Assembly: GCA_964627815.1 (NCBI GenBank)
Contig: CAZVKE010000009.1
Location: 128,503-192,502, forward strand
DNA length: 64,000 bases
Reading direction: 5' to 3'
Origin: an uncultured Leptospiraceae bacterium
Lineage (GTDB): Bacteria > Spirochaetota > UBA4802 > JAGODF01
The translations under genes and the position numbers were made by a program. A model generated the notes under the pieces. The model had not been told where the DNA came from. It did no database searches and was given only the letters and a program-made list of their open reading frames with translations. This document shows, in pieces, positions 8,981-19,434 of the stretch. Numbering within the stretch: the stretch's first letter is position 1; the number at the start of each line of letters is the position of its first letter.

Positions 8981-10012
8981 TTACAGATTTATTAACATTG
9001 AGACGGTATGATTGTATCCGTCATTGATATTGTCATAACTGAAAGCGTACGCCGCCTCTATTCCCCACATGCTGAATGACGCTCCGGTCGTAAAAAGCTT
9101 TTCGTTCAACCCCACATACGCCGCCAGGTTCCGGAAAATATTGTACCTGATGCCGATATTGAGATCGTATTCCTCTTTCTGCTCGAGCTTGCGCACCGCG
9201 CTCATCGCGAGCGTGAAGTCTGACTGCTGGCTCGTCAGCGCAAGGCTCACCCTGACTGTCGGGGCGGCAAAATCGTACCTGTTTTCAATGCCTTCATATT
9301 TTTTATCGGGCTTCATCGCCGTACCGATGTCGGTCACCACGAAACCGACGCGCAGGAACGGGATCACGTCGACCTGCGTCCCGATGTCAATGCCGCCGCC
9401 GTAGTAGGCAACCTCCCCGATCTTCTCGTAAAGCCCCTTGACCGATACGCCGAGCGACGAGACACCCGAAGCCCAGCCGTAGGACAGGTAGCCGACCGAA
9501 CCGGAATATCCAAGCTTCGAGGTGGTATTTCCCGATTCGTCGCGCCCCTGAACTCCTGTTGAGCGGGTCGAGTACACGCCCGCCCCCATTACGCCGCCGA
9601 AAATATTGAACGCCACGCCGCCGAACCCGGCCTCCCGTTCAGCGTCAAGCTGCGTCGCCGATGCTCCGATCTGAAAGACGGTTCTGGTCCCCTTCTCCTC
9701 TGAAAAATGGATCAGGTCGTCCTCGGTGATAGAACCGACATCCCCCTTTCGCGCACGATCCTTTATCTCATCCGGCGAGAGCCGCTCGCGTTCCTTGAGC
9801 CCCGCGAGTCCAGCCGGGTTCCAGTAGATCGAATAAACGTCGTCAACGATCACCTCCGCGGCCTTTCCCATCGCCACGTACTTCGCGCCGGCCCATCCCC
9901 CGCGCGTGAACGAGGCCCTGCTGCCCGCGTCCTGGGCCGCAGCCCCGAAAGCTATCGCAAGCACAAATAACGGCGCCAGCACAATCGCCCGTGTAACGAT
10001 CGGTCCCTTCAT
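8981..10012 (-). CDS. putative outer-membrane beta-barrel protein (hypothetical)
   Basis: It has a signal peptide and a Gly/Ser/Tyr-rich sequence with alternating hydrophobic residues typical of beta-barrel OMPs. Confidence 0.5.
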   Translation of the reverse strand: MKGPIVTRAIVLAPLFVLAIAFGAAAQDAGSRASFTRGGWAGAKYVAMGKAAEVIVDDVYSIYWNPAGLAGLKERERLSPDEIKDRARKGDVGSITEDDLIHFSEEKGTRTVFQIGASATQLDAEREAGFGGVAFNIFGGVMGAGVYSTRSTGVQGRDESGNTTSKLGYSGSVGYLSYGWASGVSSLGVSVKGLYEKIGEVAYYGGGIDIGTQVDVIPFLRVGFVVTDIGTAMKPDKKYEGIENRYDFAAPTVRVSLALTSQQSDFTLAMSAVRKLEQKEEYDLNIGIRYNIFRNLAAYVGLNEKLFTTGASFSMWGIEAAYAFSYDNINDGYNHTVSMLINL

Positions 10013-10214
10013 CTGGTCACCCCAAATATCCTGTTCATGATGTGCAAATTATAACGCTTCCATTTATAGATATCCGACAGGACGAACCGGCCGCGCGCAC
10101 TTCCAACCTTTTGAAATATACAACCGTGAAACATTTGGTCAATTAGAATTTTATAAAAGCGTTAAAATCGGGGATATAACCGTACCGATCGGCGATTATC
10201 CGGCGGACAGCCGC

Positions 10215-11066
10215 TTAATCCTCCGTTTCATGAAGGGAGTGTGCGCGTTCAACGGTCTTATCGACAAGATCACCCAGGCGAGCCTCATCGACGAGGAGCG
10301 GGGAGCCGGTATCCGTCGTGAACCGGATGAAAAACTCTATGTTACCCGCGGGGCCTTTCAGCGGGCTCGGACAGAGGCCCATGCACAGTATCCCGAGCTC
10401 ACCGAGCGCCGGAACGACGCGTCGCAGTATCCGCGCATGGACTTCTTTTTTTTTCACGACGCCTTTCTTGTGCTCGCCGGGAAGCGCCTCGAACTGGGGC
10501 TTGATGAGGAGAAGCCCTTCGATCGGTGCGAACACATCGACCAGCGTACCGGCTACTTTTGTAAGCGAAATGAACGAGAGGTCAGCGGTGAGAAAGTCAG
10601 CGGGTGGATCGAACTGTTCGCGGAGGAGCGACCTGACATGAGTGCGCTCCAACACGGTCACGGCGGGATTGATCCGTAGGGAGTAATCGAGCTGGCCGTA
10701 CCCGACATCAATCGCGTACACTCTGCTCGCGCCATTGACAAGCAGGCAGTGGGTAAAACCACCGGTCGATGCCCCCAGGTCGGCGGCAACGCGGCCCTGA
10801 ACGGATATGCCAAAGAATTCAAGCGCGTACTGGAGTTTTTCCCCGCCCCTGCTGACGAAAATTCCGCCGGGGCGTTCGACGACGATGTCCTCCCCGCCCG
10901 TTACCATTGTCGAGGGAACGCGCACCGTTTCGCCGTTTACGCGCACCCATCCGGCGATGATCTCGCGCTTCGCCTTCTCGCGTGACTGCGAGAGGTCAGC
11001 CTCGGCGAGATACAGGTCGAGTCGTTTTCCTTTTTTCACTGGAGCGCTTCCGGCCCAATTCGGCAA
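10215..11066 (-). CDS. tlyA: TlyA-family rRNA 2'-O-methyltransferase (S4 + FtsJ domains); TTG start, with an alternative GTG at 11039
   Basis: The S4 motif KRLDLYLAEADLSQSREKAKREIIAGWVRVNG and a SAM-binding GASTGGFT motif are present. Confidence 0.85.
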   Translation of the reverse strand: MPNWAGSAPVKKGKRLDLYLAEADLSQSREKAKREIIAGWVRVNGETVRVPSTMVTGGEDIVVERPGGIFVSRGGEKLQYALEFFGISVQGRVAADLGASTGGFTHCLLVNGASRVYAIDVGYGQLDYSLRINPAVTVLERTHVRSLLREQFDPPADFLTADLSFISLTKVAGTLVDVFAPIEGLLLIKPQFEALPGEHKKGVVKKKEVHARILRRVVPALGELGILCMGLCPSPLKGPAGNIEFFIRFTTDTGSPLLVDEARLGDLVDKTVERAHSLHETED

Positions 11067-12924
11067 GTATGCGTGAGGCTATCGATTCGGGATCAAGCCC
11101 GTGTTCACGGAAGAGGTCGCTGTTCTTTCCGTGCGAGATGAAGGCGTCGGGGAATCCGCCGAGGAAGAGCACCCTGTCACGGAGCGGTTTGTCGATGCTG
11201 ACCAGGAGGTGTTCGCCGATCCCCCCGGCGAGGCTCCCGTTTTCGAGCGTAACGAACCCTGAAGTCCTTCGCGCCACGCGCTCGATCCCTTCGATATCAA
11301 GCGGTTTGATGGAAAGAAGATTGACCACGGAAGCCGTGACACCCTTTCCTGAAAGTATCTCGCGCGCCCGCAGTGCGGTATCCACCATATCGCCAAGCGC
11401 GAAGATCGCCACATCGGAGCCCTTCCTGACCTCATGTATCCTGCCGGGGCTGAACGAGCCATGTTCGTCGAACCGCAAATCCTCCTCGTCCACGCTCCCC
11501 CTGGGATAACGTATCGCGATCGGCCCCTTATCATAATCGGCGGCGAAGTAGATCATGTCCCGCAGCTCTTTGCCGTTCGAGGGGGCGAGCATTACGAAAT
11601 TCGGTATATTGCGGAGGATAGCGATATCGAAGAGGCCGTGGTGCGTTTCGCCGTCATCGCCGACAATGCCGGCGCGGTCGATGAGGAGCCTGATCGGCAG
11701 GTTCATCACGCCGATATCGTGGATCAACTGGTCGACGGCGCGCTGCAGGAACGTCGAATAGATCGAAACGAACGGTTTGAATCCCTTTGAGGCGAGCGCA
11801 CCGGCGAAGGTGACGGCGTGCTGCTCCGCTATCCCCACGTCAAAGAAGCGGCCGGGCGTTTTCTTTTCGAATTCGTACAGGCCCGTTCCGAGTTTCATGG
11901 CCGCAGTGATCGCCACGACTTTCTTATCGTGCCGCGATATCTCCGCGAGCGTTTTGCCGATGATCTCGGAATAGGAGATACGGGCGTTGCCGACGGCCTT
12001 GCCGGTGCTCCTGTCGAAGGGGCCGATCCCGTGGAAGCGCGCGGGATCGCGTTCGGCGGGAGCGTATCCCTTCCCCTTCTTCGTGATCACATGCAGAAGT
12101 TTCGGGCCGGCATTGATATCGCTCATCCGCGACAGTATCTCGACAAGGAGCGCCGTGTTGTGCCCGTCTACCGGGCCAAAATAGCGGATGCCGAGCTCCT
12201 CGAAAATATGGCCGGGCACGAGAATGCCCTTCAGGCTCGCTTCGGTGTTGTAGATGAAATCGTAGAGCGTGTTGCCGTAGCGCGGTATCTTTCGTATCAT
12301 GTCGTAGGAGCGCCTGCGCATCCTGTTGTAGAGCGGGCCGGTGATCATCCTCATCAGGTACTCGGAAAGCGCGCCAACGTTTTTGGATATCGAGTGCTCG
12401 TTGTCGTTCAGGATGATGATCATATCCTTCTTCTGGTGGCCGATCTGGTTGAGCGCTTCGAACGCCATGCCGCCGGTGAGCGAACCGTCTCCGATCACGG
12501 CGATGACCTTGTGTTTCTCATGTTTCAGATCGCGCCCCACCGCCTCGCCGAGCGCAAGCGAGAGGCTGGTGCTGCTGTGGCCGGTATTATACGCGTCGAA
12601 GGGCGATTCGGAGCGCTTCGGAAAGCCGGACAGCCCCTTGTATCGCCGCAGCGTTTTAAACTCTTTGAACCTGCCCGTCACTATCTTATGGGCATACGTC
12701 TGATGGCCGACGTCCCAGATCAGCTTGTCGTGCGGGGTCTTGAACACGTAATGCAGGGCGAGGGTAAGCTCTACGACGCCAAGCGAGGATGCAAGATGCC
12801 CGCCGTTCTCGGACACGACATCGATGATATACTCCCGTATCTCCCCCGCAAGCTCGTTGAGCTCATCAACAGAAAGCTTTCTCAGGTCTGATACGGATCG
12901 AATAGACTCTAATAACACCTTCAA
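10996..12924 (-). CDS. dxs: 1-deoxy-D-xylulose-5-phosphate synthase
   Basis: It has the LRKLSVDELNELAGEIR N-terminus, GHQTYAHKI, and a GDG...N TPP-binding motif. Confidence 0.95.
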   Translation of the reverse strand: MKVLLESIRSVSDLRKLSVDELNELAGEIREYIIDVVSENGGHLASSLGVVELTLALHYVFKTPHDKLIWDVGHQTYAHKIVTGRFKEFKTLRRYKGLSGFPKRSESPFDAYNTGHSSTSLSLALGEAVGRDLKHEKHKVIAVIGDGSLTGGMAFEALNQIGHQKKDMIIILNDNEHSISKNVGALSEYLMRMITGPLYNRMRRRSYDMIRKIPRYGNTLYDFIYNTEASLKGILVPGHIFEELGIRYFGPVDGHNTALLVEILSRMSDINAGPKLLHVITKKGKGYAPAERDPARFHGIGPFDRSTGKAVGNARISYSEIIGKTLAEISRHDKKVVAITAAMKLGTGLYEFEKKTPGRFFDVGIAEQHAVTFAGALASKGFKPFVSIYSTFLQRAVDQLIHDIGVMNLPIRLLIDRAGIVGDDGETHHGLFDIAILRNIPNFVMLAPSNGKELRDMIYFAADYDKGPIAIRYPRGSVDEEDLRFDEHGSFSPGRIHEVRKGSDVAIFALGDMVDTALRAREILSGKGVTASVVNLLSIKPLDIEGIERVARRTSGFVTLENGSLAGGIGEHLLVSIDKPLRDRVLFLGGFPDAFISHGKNSDLFREHGLDPESIASRILAELGRKRSSEKRKTTRPVSRRG

Positions 12925-12953
12925 ATCCCGGTACGCAATAATATTACGGGCAG

Positions 12954-13730
12954 CTACAGCCTGATACGCGTCACTGCCGTTGTCCTTCCGTTTTCGCCGA
13001 TGGAAAACACCGCGCCGTTGAGCATGCGCACGCCTGAGGCGACGTCAAGCCGATAACGCGTGTGCTCGAGAAAATTCCTGACCGCCGTGTCCCTGTCCAT
13101 ACCGATGACCGATTCCATTGAACCGGTCATTCCGACATCGGTGATATACCCGGTCCCTCCCGGCAGGATCGTCTCGTCTGCCGTCTGTACATGCGTGTGC
13201 GTTCCGAACACGGCCGAGGCGCGACCATCGACGTGCCAGCCGAACGCCTGTTTTTCCGACGTGGCTTCCGCATGAAAATCGACCACGAACAGATCGGCGC
13301 TTCCCTTCAGCGACGCGTACAGCTCATCAAACTTCCTGAACGGACAGTCGATCGCTTCCATGAACACCCGTCCCATCAGGTTGATCACGCAGATCGTAGT
13401 ATCGCCGGCCTTTCCGAGGAAATACCCGCTGCCCATCGTGGACGGGGGAAAATTGGCCGGCTTGATGAGCCTGCGCTCACGCTCGATATAGCTCATGATC
13501 TGCTTGTGGTGCCAGAGGTGATTTCCCGTGGTGACCACGTTGACGTTGTAGAAGAAAAGCTCGTCACAGACCTCAGGGGTGATACCGAACCCGTGCGCCG
13601 CGTTCTCGCCGTTTGCGATCACAAAATCGATCCGGTACTCCTCCTTCAGCTGCGGGAGCTTCTTTCTCAGGATTTCCCTTCCGGGCTTCCCGACAATATC
13701 GCCAATCGCCAGTATGTTAATCGGTTTCAT
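12954..13730 (-). CDS. ymdB: YmdB-like metallophosphoesterase (TIGR00282)
   Basis: The motif MKPINILAIGDIVGKPGR...ANGENAAHGFG is present, and the gene is adjacent to rny as in Firmicutes. Confidence 0.85.
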   Translation of the reverse strand: MKPINILAIGDIVGKPGREILRKKLPQLKEEYRIDFVIANGENAAHGFGITPEVCDELFFYNVNVVTTGNHLWHHKQIMSYIERERRLIKPANFPPSTMGSGYFLGKAGDTTICVINLMGRVFMEAIDCPFRKFDELYASLKGSADLFVVDFHAEATSEKQAFGWHVDGRASAVFGTHTHVQTADETILPGGTGYITDVGMTGSMESVIGMDRDTAVRNFLEHTRYRLDVASGVRMLNGAVFSIGENGRTTAVTRIRL

Positions 13731-13814
13731 AGCGCTCCACATTTATGCCATGAACCATCAAGGAGCGATTCACCGCAATTATTTTTCAGATACGGAACCG
13801 GCAGCATCCCGATG

Positions 13815-15347
13815 CTATTTCGCGTAATCGACGATCCGCGTTTCCCTGATCACGATGACCTTCACGATTCCCGGATATTTCAGCTCCGATTCTATCTGCT
13901 GCGCGATCTCCCTTGCGAGCAGCACCGCCTTGTCGTCGCTCACCACGTCGTTCGATACGACGACGCGAATCTCGCGGCCCGCCTGGATCGCATAGCACTT
14001 TTCAACGCCTTTGAACTTGCTCGCGATATTCTCCAGGTTTTCAAGCCGCTTGAGATAGGTGTCGAGCGATTCGCGGCGCGCCCCGGGACGGGATGCGGAT
14101 ATCGCGTCTGCGATCTGGATGAGCACGGCCTCGAACGACTCCGGATCCTTGTCGTTGTGGTGCGACGCAACGATGTTGATCACCTTGGCGTTCTCGCCGA
14201 ATTTCTTCGCCATTTCGCTGCCGACGATGGCGTGCGCGCCCTCGCCTTCGACCACGCTTCCCTTCCCCACGTCGTGGAGCAGTCCCGCGCGCTTGGCCAG
14301 CATCACGTCAAGGCCGAGCTCGCCTGCCATGATCCCCGCGAGGTTGGCAACTTCCTTGCTGTGCGAGAGGATGTTCTGCCCGTAGCTCGAACGGTATTTG
14401 AGTTTTCCGATGTGATAGAGCGCGTCCTTCGAGATGCCCGGTATTCCGAGCTCGAACGCGGCCTTTTCGCCTTCCTCGAGCATGTTCTCCTCGATCTCGG
14501 CGGTTACCTTCTCAACAACCTCTTCTATCCGCGCCGGGTGAATGCGCCCGTTCTGGATAAGCCTTTCGAGCGAAAGACGCGCGATCTCCCTTCTCACCGG
14601 ATCGAAACATGAAATGACGACCACTTCGGGCGTATCGTCGATGATCATATCCACCCCGATCAGGTTTTCAAGTGTCCTGATATTGCGGCCTTCACGCCCG
14701 ATAATGCGGCCCTTCATGTCATCGGAAGGAAGCGACACCGTGGTGATGGTTACTTCCGAAGTGAAATCCGAGGCGATGCGCTGCATCGCGGCGAGGATAA
14801 CCTCTTTCGATTTCTTCTCCGCGGTCCTGCGCGCCTCCTCCTCGATTTTGTTTATCAGCTTGGTCGACTCGAAACGGACGTCGTTTTCGAGGTTCTTCAG
14901 AAGAAGCTCGCGCGCCTCCTCGGTGGTCATCCCCGATATCCTTTCAAGCTCCCTCTTGTGACGGTCAAACTCTTTCTGCAGTTCTTCTTCTTTTTCCTGA
15001 TTCTCACGCTCTTTGAGCTGGAGCGCCTTTTCAAGCTTTTCGGCCTGTTCCTGGCGTTTTTCCAGCGTCTCTTCCTTCTGGATCATCCGCTTCTCGATGG
15101 TCTGGAGCTCCTGCCTCCGCTCCCTCATCTCCTTTTCGAAGACGTTTTTTTCTTTCAGCAGCTGGTCCTTGGCTTCTATCAGAAGCTCTTTTCTCCTGGC
15201 CTCCGCGTCGCGCACCGCGTCCTGCACGATCCGGTGCGACTGGGCCTCCGCCGAATTCAACTTTATCTTCCCAAGATACGACCTGACAGCGTATCCAGCA
15301 ATTCCTACGACTGGTAGAGCAGCAATCAGGAGGATTGTCGTTATCAT
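13815..15347 (-). CDS. rny: ribonuclease Y
   Basis: It has an N-terminal TM helix, a coiled coil, a KH domain and an HD domain (LLHDVGK). Confidence 0.9.
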   Translation of the reverse strand: MITTILLIAALPVVGIAGYAVRSYLGKIKLNSAEAQSHRIVQDAVRDAEARRKELLIEAKDQLLKEKNVFEKEMRERRQELQTIEKRMIQKEETLEKRQEQAEKLEKALQLKERENQEKEEELQKEFDRHKRELERISGMTTEEARELLLKNLENDVRFESTKLINKIEEEARRTAEKKSKEVILAAMQRIASDFTSEVTITTVSLPSDDMKGRIIGREGRNIRTLENLIGVDMIIDDTPEVVVISCFDPVRREIARLSLERLIQNGRIHPARIEEVVEKVTAEIEENMLEEGEKAAFELGIPGISKDALYHIGKLKYRSSYGQNILSHSKEVANLAGIMAGELGLDVMLAKRAGLLHDVGKGSVVEGEGAHAIVGSEMAKKFGENAKVINIVASHHNDKDPESFEAVLIQIADAISASRPGARRESLDTYLKRLENLENIASKFKGVEKCYAIQAGREIRVVVSNDVVSDDKAVLLAREIAQQIESELKYPGIVKVIVIRETRIVDYAK

Positions 15348-15679
15348 AATCAGCCTCCTTGCGAAAAATGTATCATTTTCATTTTTAAAAGAACTTCACA
15401 GGCCCGGATACGGCCGCTCTCCCCTTCAGGATTTTCACAATCCACAGGAGCGCGTTCTGATGCGCGCCGCGAATTCTTTATCCGCGGCGTGCAACGCCCT
15501 TTTCAGGAACTTCCGCTGATTCCGGGTGACAGATACCGGCCTTCCCCCTGATGCTATTCAGGTTTTACGGCCGCACAGGCGATGAACGCATCAATACGAT
15601 CAAAAGAGAAACACACGGGCAAGGCACCTTCAAAAGAGAATCCCTTACTCTGCGCACTCATGATCCTACAATATGGTGC

Positions 15680-16168
15680 TTACCGCGCCGCGTATCTGTC
15701 CTGCAGCTTTTTCTGGACGAACTGGGGGACTAATGTGGAGATGTCACCGCCGTAGCTTGCTACTTCCTTAACCATGTTGGATGAAATGAAGGAGTATTCG
15801 CCTCTCGACATCATGAAAATCGTTTCAACTTCAGGGGCCAGCTTCTGGTTCATCAGCGCGATCGCGTATTCATATTCGAAATCGACGATGGCCCGCAGAC
15901 CCCGTATAATGAAGTTAACACCGTTCTGCTTGCAGTAATCGACGAGCAGCCCGCCAAACGTGACCAGATCCACTTTGCATCCATTACTGTTTCCGCAGCA
16001 CTTTTCAATCATCTCCAGCCTTTCATCAATGGTAAACAGCGAATTTTTTGCGCTGTTTTTCGCTACGGCGACGATCAATTTATCGCAAATCTTCTTTGAT
16101 CTCTCAATTATATCAAGATGACCATTAGTCAAGGGATCAAACGATCCCGGGTAAATTCCAATTCGCAT
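15680..16168 (-). CDS. coaD: phosphopantetheine adenylyltransferase
   Basis: The motif [21 protein letters not shown] is present. Confidence 0.9.
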   Translation of the reverse strand: MRIGIYPGSFDPLTNGHLDIIERSKKICDKLIVAVAKNSAKNSLFTIDERLEMIEKCCGNSNGCKVDLVTFGGLLVDYCKQNGVNFIIRGLRAIVDFEYEYAIALMNQKLAPEVETIFMMSRGEYSFISSNMVKEVASYGGDISTLVPQFVQKKLQDRYAAR

Positions 16169-16308
16169 AAAAAAGCTACAAAATCCTTTAAACTATCACT
16201 ATAAATGCCTAACGGCATTTGTCAAGAACTATATAAATATTTCTTTTTTACAAGAATATTTTTTGTAGCAGGCAAAAAAGTGGCGTGTCGGCTATGGTTG
16301 GATACTAT

Positions 16309-16878
16309 TCAGTTGTTCGCATGTACCTGCGGAGCGCCGATGAAGCGGTTTGTGTCGGTTCCGCCGGCCTTCCATGGGACGAAAAAGGTGACCGCACCGA
16401 GATACCGCGCCCGCCAGTAACCGTCGTTCATGTTTGCGTAGGATACACGCAGCCCGAAGCTCGGGGCGTGGATGAAGCGGTTATCGCCCACATACACTCC
16501 CACATGCCCAATCGACCGGCGGCTCACACGGCGCGAGAAAAACACGAGGTCTCCCGGCGCGAGCCGCTCCCTTTCGACTTTCTTCCCTACCCCGTATTGT
16601 TCGGTTGCGGTCCGGGGGACCCGTATACCGTTCTTGCAGTACACATAGTACACAAGCCCCGAGCAGTCAAACCCGTTCGGACTGGTGCCTCCGAGCCGGT
16701 ACCGCACACCAAGATACTCCCTGATCGACCCGAGGATCCTTTCACGGTGAGGATTGTCGATTTTGCTGTCTGAGGCATCAGGTTCGTTGCCGAACACGGG
16801 AAAACCCGCCCCGAAAAAAAGGACCATCGCGCATGCCAGAAGCATGCATACAAAGTTGTGTCTGATCTCGCGTCTCAT
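16309..16878 (-). CDS. NlpC/P60 (C40) family peptidoglycan endopeptidase
   Basis: It has a signal peptide and a catalytic Cys in DCSGLVYYVY, with downstream His. Confidence 0.8.
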   Translation of the reverse strand: MRREIRHNFVCMLLACAMVLFFGAGFPVFGNEPDASDSKIDNPHRERILGSIREYLGVRYRLGGTSPNGFDCSGLVYYVYCKNGIRVPRTATEQYGVGKKVERERLAPGDLVFFSRRVSRRSIGHVGVYVGDNRFIHAPSFGLRVSYANMNDGYWRARYLGAVTFFVPWKAGGTDTNRFIGAPQVHANN

Positions 16879-16940
16879 AAGCGCTGGATATAAACCGTCC
16901 CTTAATTCGATCAGACGCCGGGCAAAAGGTAAAGCATTTT

Positions 16941-17159
16941 TTACTCTCCTTCTTCATCATTCCTGAATTCAAGAAGATCGCCCGGCTGGCAGTCGAGGTT
17001 GCGGCAGATCGCTTCAAGCGTCGAGAGCCTGACCGCCTTCGCCTTTCCGGTCTTGAGGATGGATAGGTTCTGTTCCGTGATCCCCACCAGCGCCGCGAGC
17101 TCGTTTGACCGCATCTTCCTTTTCGCGAGCATGACATCAAGGTTTATGATAATGGCCAT
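16941..17159 (-). CDS. XRE-family (YozG-like) HTH transcriptional regulator
   Basis: A 72-aa protein with a Cro/C1 HTH motif (SNELAALVGITEQNLSILKTGK). It is paired with a DUF2975 protein. Confidence 0.8.
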   Translation of the reverse strand: MAIIINLDVMLAKRKMRSNELAALVGITEQNLSILKTGKAKAVRLSTLEAICRNLDCQPGDLLEFRNDEEGE

Positions 17160-17166
17160 CGCTTCC

Positions 17167-17712
17167 TCACACCGTCAGCTGCTGCTCTTCCTGAATCTCG
17201 CGGCCTATATCCATAATCCACGAAACAAGAAGAACGATAAGCCCGATGACAAGCCGCGCGATCTCCGCGGACGATATGCCGAACGATATCATCCTCTGGC
17301 CGGGCGGGTTGTCAAGCGTGAGCACCGTTGTCATCAGCGATGAATAGACGATACTCGCGATCATCGAGTAAATAATGATAAAGCCAAGTTTGCGATAGTA
17401 CGCCACATTTTCCCGCAGAAATATCTTCCCCTGCTCGTAGAGACCGAAAAGTCTGATGAGACAGTAGAGCCCGGCGACCGTGACACCGGCGGGAAGCAGG
17501 CTCACAAGGATCGAAAGCACCCTCGTGCGCAGCGGCAGGACTGCTATCATGCCAACATGAAGATTTCCGAATATCTGCAGCTTCATCACCGGCGGAAGAT
17601 AATTATAGTTGAGCCAGACCAGGACCGGCATGAGCGGCGTTATGATGATGAGGATTGTGAATAAGATTCTGAACTTGCGGCTTGCTCGCCGGATTTTCAC
17701 GATATTGTTCAT
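17167..17712 (-). CDS. DUF2975-like polytopic membrane protein
   Basis: It has 4-5 TM helices and is the canonical partner of YozG-like regulators. Confidence 0.6.
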   Translation of the reverse strand: MNNIVKIRRASRKFRILFTILIIITPLMPVLVWLNYNYLPPVMKLQIFGNLHVGMIAVLPLRTRVLSILVSLLPAGVTVAGLYCLIRLFGLYEQGKIFLRENVAYYRKLGFIIIYSMIASIVYSSLMTTVLTLDNPPGQRMISFGISSAEIARLVIGLIVLLVSWIMDIGREIQEEQQLTV

Positions 17713-17887
17713 GAGACGGCCTCCTTATGAATGATATATCCATCTGAAAGACCATATCAATAATTTCAATAATAATTTATTGTTTTACAATAATTTTTTA
17801 TCGATATAAGAACTCATCTTTTAACCAGCGAGATTACGCAAAACGGATACCATCTCCCGTATCCCAAAATACGCTGTTGATCCTGTA

Positions 17888-17928
17888 TCCAAAATAAAAA
17901 TCCCTCCGCCGTTGCCGGACAGAGGGAT
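17888..17928 (-). terminator. rho-independent terminator downstream of ahcY
   Basis: A 7-bp stem (ATCCCTC/GAGGGAT) is followed on the minus strand by TTTTTATTTT. Confidence 0.6.
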
Positions 17929-17951
17929 TCCGTTTCGCGTATAAAGTTTTT

Positions 17952-19394
17952 TTAATACCGGTAATGGTCCGGCTTGAAAGGACCGTTGACCGGCACGCTG
18001 ATGTAATCGGCCTGCTTCTGGGTAAGCTTCGTGAGCCTGACGCCGAGCTTGTCCAGGTGCAGCCGCGCGACTTCCTCGTCGAGGTCTTTCGGAAGCGTGT
18101 AAACGCCGATCTCGAGCTTTGTCGTCGCGAGCTTGATCTGCGCGAGCGTCTGGTTGGTGAAGCTGTTCGACATAACGAAGCTGGGATGTCCCGTCGCGCA
18201 GCCGAGGTTCACCAGCCGCCCTTCCGCGAGGAGCAGTATCGACCTGCCGGATTTAAGCGTCCATTTGTCGACCTGTGGCTTGATCGTCTCCTTTTTGCAG
18301 CCCGCGGTCGTTTCAAGGTAGTGCACGTCGATTTCGCTGTCGAAATGGCCGATGTTGCAGACGATCGCCGCGTCCTTCATCTGCTCCATGTGCGCGCCGG
18401 TGATGACGTCAACATTGCCTGTCGCGGTCACGAAGATGTCGCCTTCCTTAACCGCTTCCTCCATCGTGGTAACCTCGAAGCCTTCCATCGCGGCCTGGAG
18501 CGCGCAGATCGGGTCGATCTCGGTGACGAGCACGCGGGCGCCGAATCCCTGCATCGACTTGGCGCATCCCTTGCCGACATCGCCGTAACCGGCGACCACG
18601 ACGACCTTGCCGGCGACCATGATGTCGGTCGCGCGCTTGATGCCGTCAGCGAGAGACTCGCGGCAGCCGTAGAGGTTATCGAACTTCGACTTGGTGACCG
18701 AGTCATTGACGTTGATGGCGGGAAAGAGGAGCTCGCCGGCCTTCGCCATCTGGTAGAGCCTGTGCACGCCGGTCGTGGTCTCTTCAGACACGCCGCGGAT
18801 CTCCTTCGCGACCTTCGTCCAGCGGCCGGGGAATTGCCGTACGCTTTCCTTCAGCCGGTCGATGATGATCTGAAACTCCTTGTTGTCAGTCGGCTTGTCG
18901 AGTATCGAGGCGTCTTTCTCGGCCTTGACGCCATGGTGAATTAAAAGGGTCGCGTCGCCGCCGTCATCGACAATCAGGTTAGGGCCCGATCCGTCCGGCC
19001 AGGTCAGCGCCTGCTCGGTGCACCACCAGTATTCTTCGAGCGTCTCTCCCTTCCACGCGAACACCTTCGCCGTGCCTGCCTTGGCGATCGCCGCGGCGGC
19101 GTGGTCCTGCGTCGAGAAAATGTTGCACGACGCCCAGCGCACGTCGGCGCCCAGTTCGTGCAGCGTTTCGATCAGCACCGCGGTCTGGATCGTCATGTGA
19201 AGGCTTCCCATCACCTTCAGGCCCTTCAGCGGCTTCTGGGGTCCGTATTTTTTCCTGACCGACATGAGGCCGGGCATTTCGTCCTCGGCAAGCTGTATCT
19301 CCTTGCGTCCCCATTCGGCCAGGGACATATCGGCCACCTTGTGTTCAAGCGTTTTATCGAGCGGAGCGACTCCGCCCTTAACTGCAGTACTCAT
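17952..19394 (-). CDS. ahcY: adenosylhomocysteinase
   Basis: It has a Rossmann [10 protein letters not shown] motif and a [13 protein letters not shown]-terminus. The start was chosen at MSTAV; the six-frame ORF extends to 19481. Confidence 0.9.
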   Translation of the reverse strand: MSTAVKGGVAPLDKTLEHKVADMSLAEWGRKEIQLAEDEMPGLMSVRKKYGPQKPLKGLKVMGSLHMTIQTAVLIETLHELGADVRWASCNIFSTQDHAAAAIAKAGTAKVFAWKGETLEEYWWCTEQALTWPDGSGPNLIVDDGGDATLLIHHGVKAEKDASILDKPTDNKEFQIIIDRLKESVRQFPGRWTKVAKEIRGVSEETTTGVHRLYQMAKAGELLFPAINVNDSVTKSKFDNLYGCRESLADGIKRATDIMVAGKVVVVAGYGDVGKGCAKSMQGFGARVLVTEIDPICALQAAMEGFEVTTMEEAVKEGDIFVTATGNVDVITGAHMEQMKDAAIVCNIGHFDSEIDVHYLETTAGCKKETIKPQVDKWTLKSGRSILLLAEGRLVNLGCATGHPSFVMSNSFTNQTLAQIKLATTKLEIGVYTLPKDLDEEVARLHLDKLGVRLTKLTQKQADYISVPVNGPFKPDHYRY

Positions 19395-19434
19395 ACATAC
19401 CTCCTTATAGTGGTAACAAAATTGTTTACATGAT

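Noticed and set aside
13191-14612. A 473-aa ORF on the + strand, plus many other long ORFs (100-400 aa) antisense to annotated genes. Examples: 1163-1861, 17964-18944, 19579-20262, 21127-22044, 24683-25561, 26618-27409, 28233-29159, 31643-32587, 33423-34193, 45469-46479, 47251-48249, 51871-52656, 54608-55414, 57242-58018, 58158-59378, 59152-60333, 61159-61980.
   Set aside because: Each lies opposite a gene with clear family-specific motifs. Long antisense ORFs are expected at about 60% GC, and none has recognisable motifs or an RBS.
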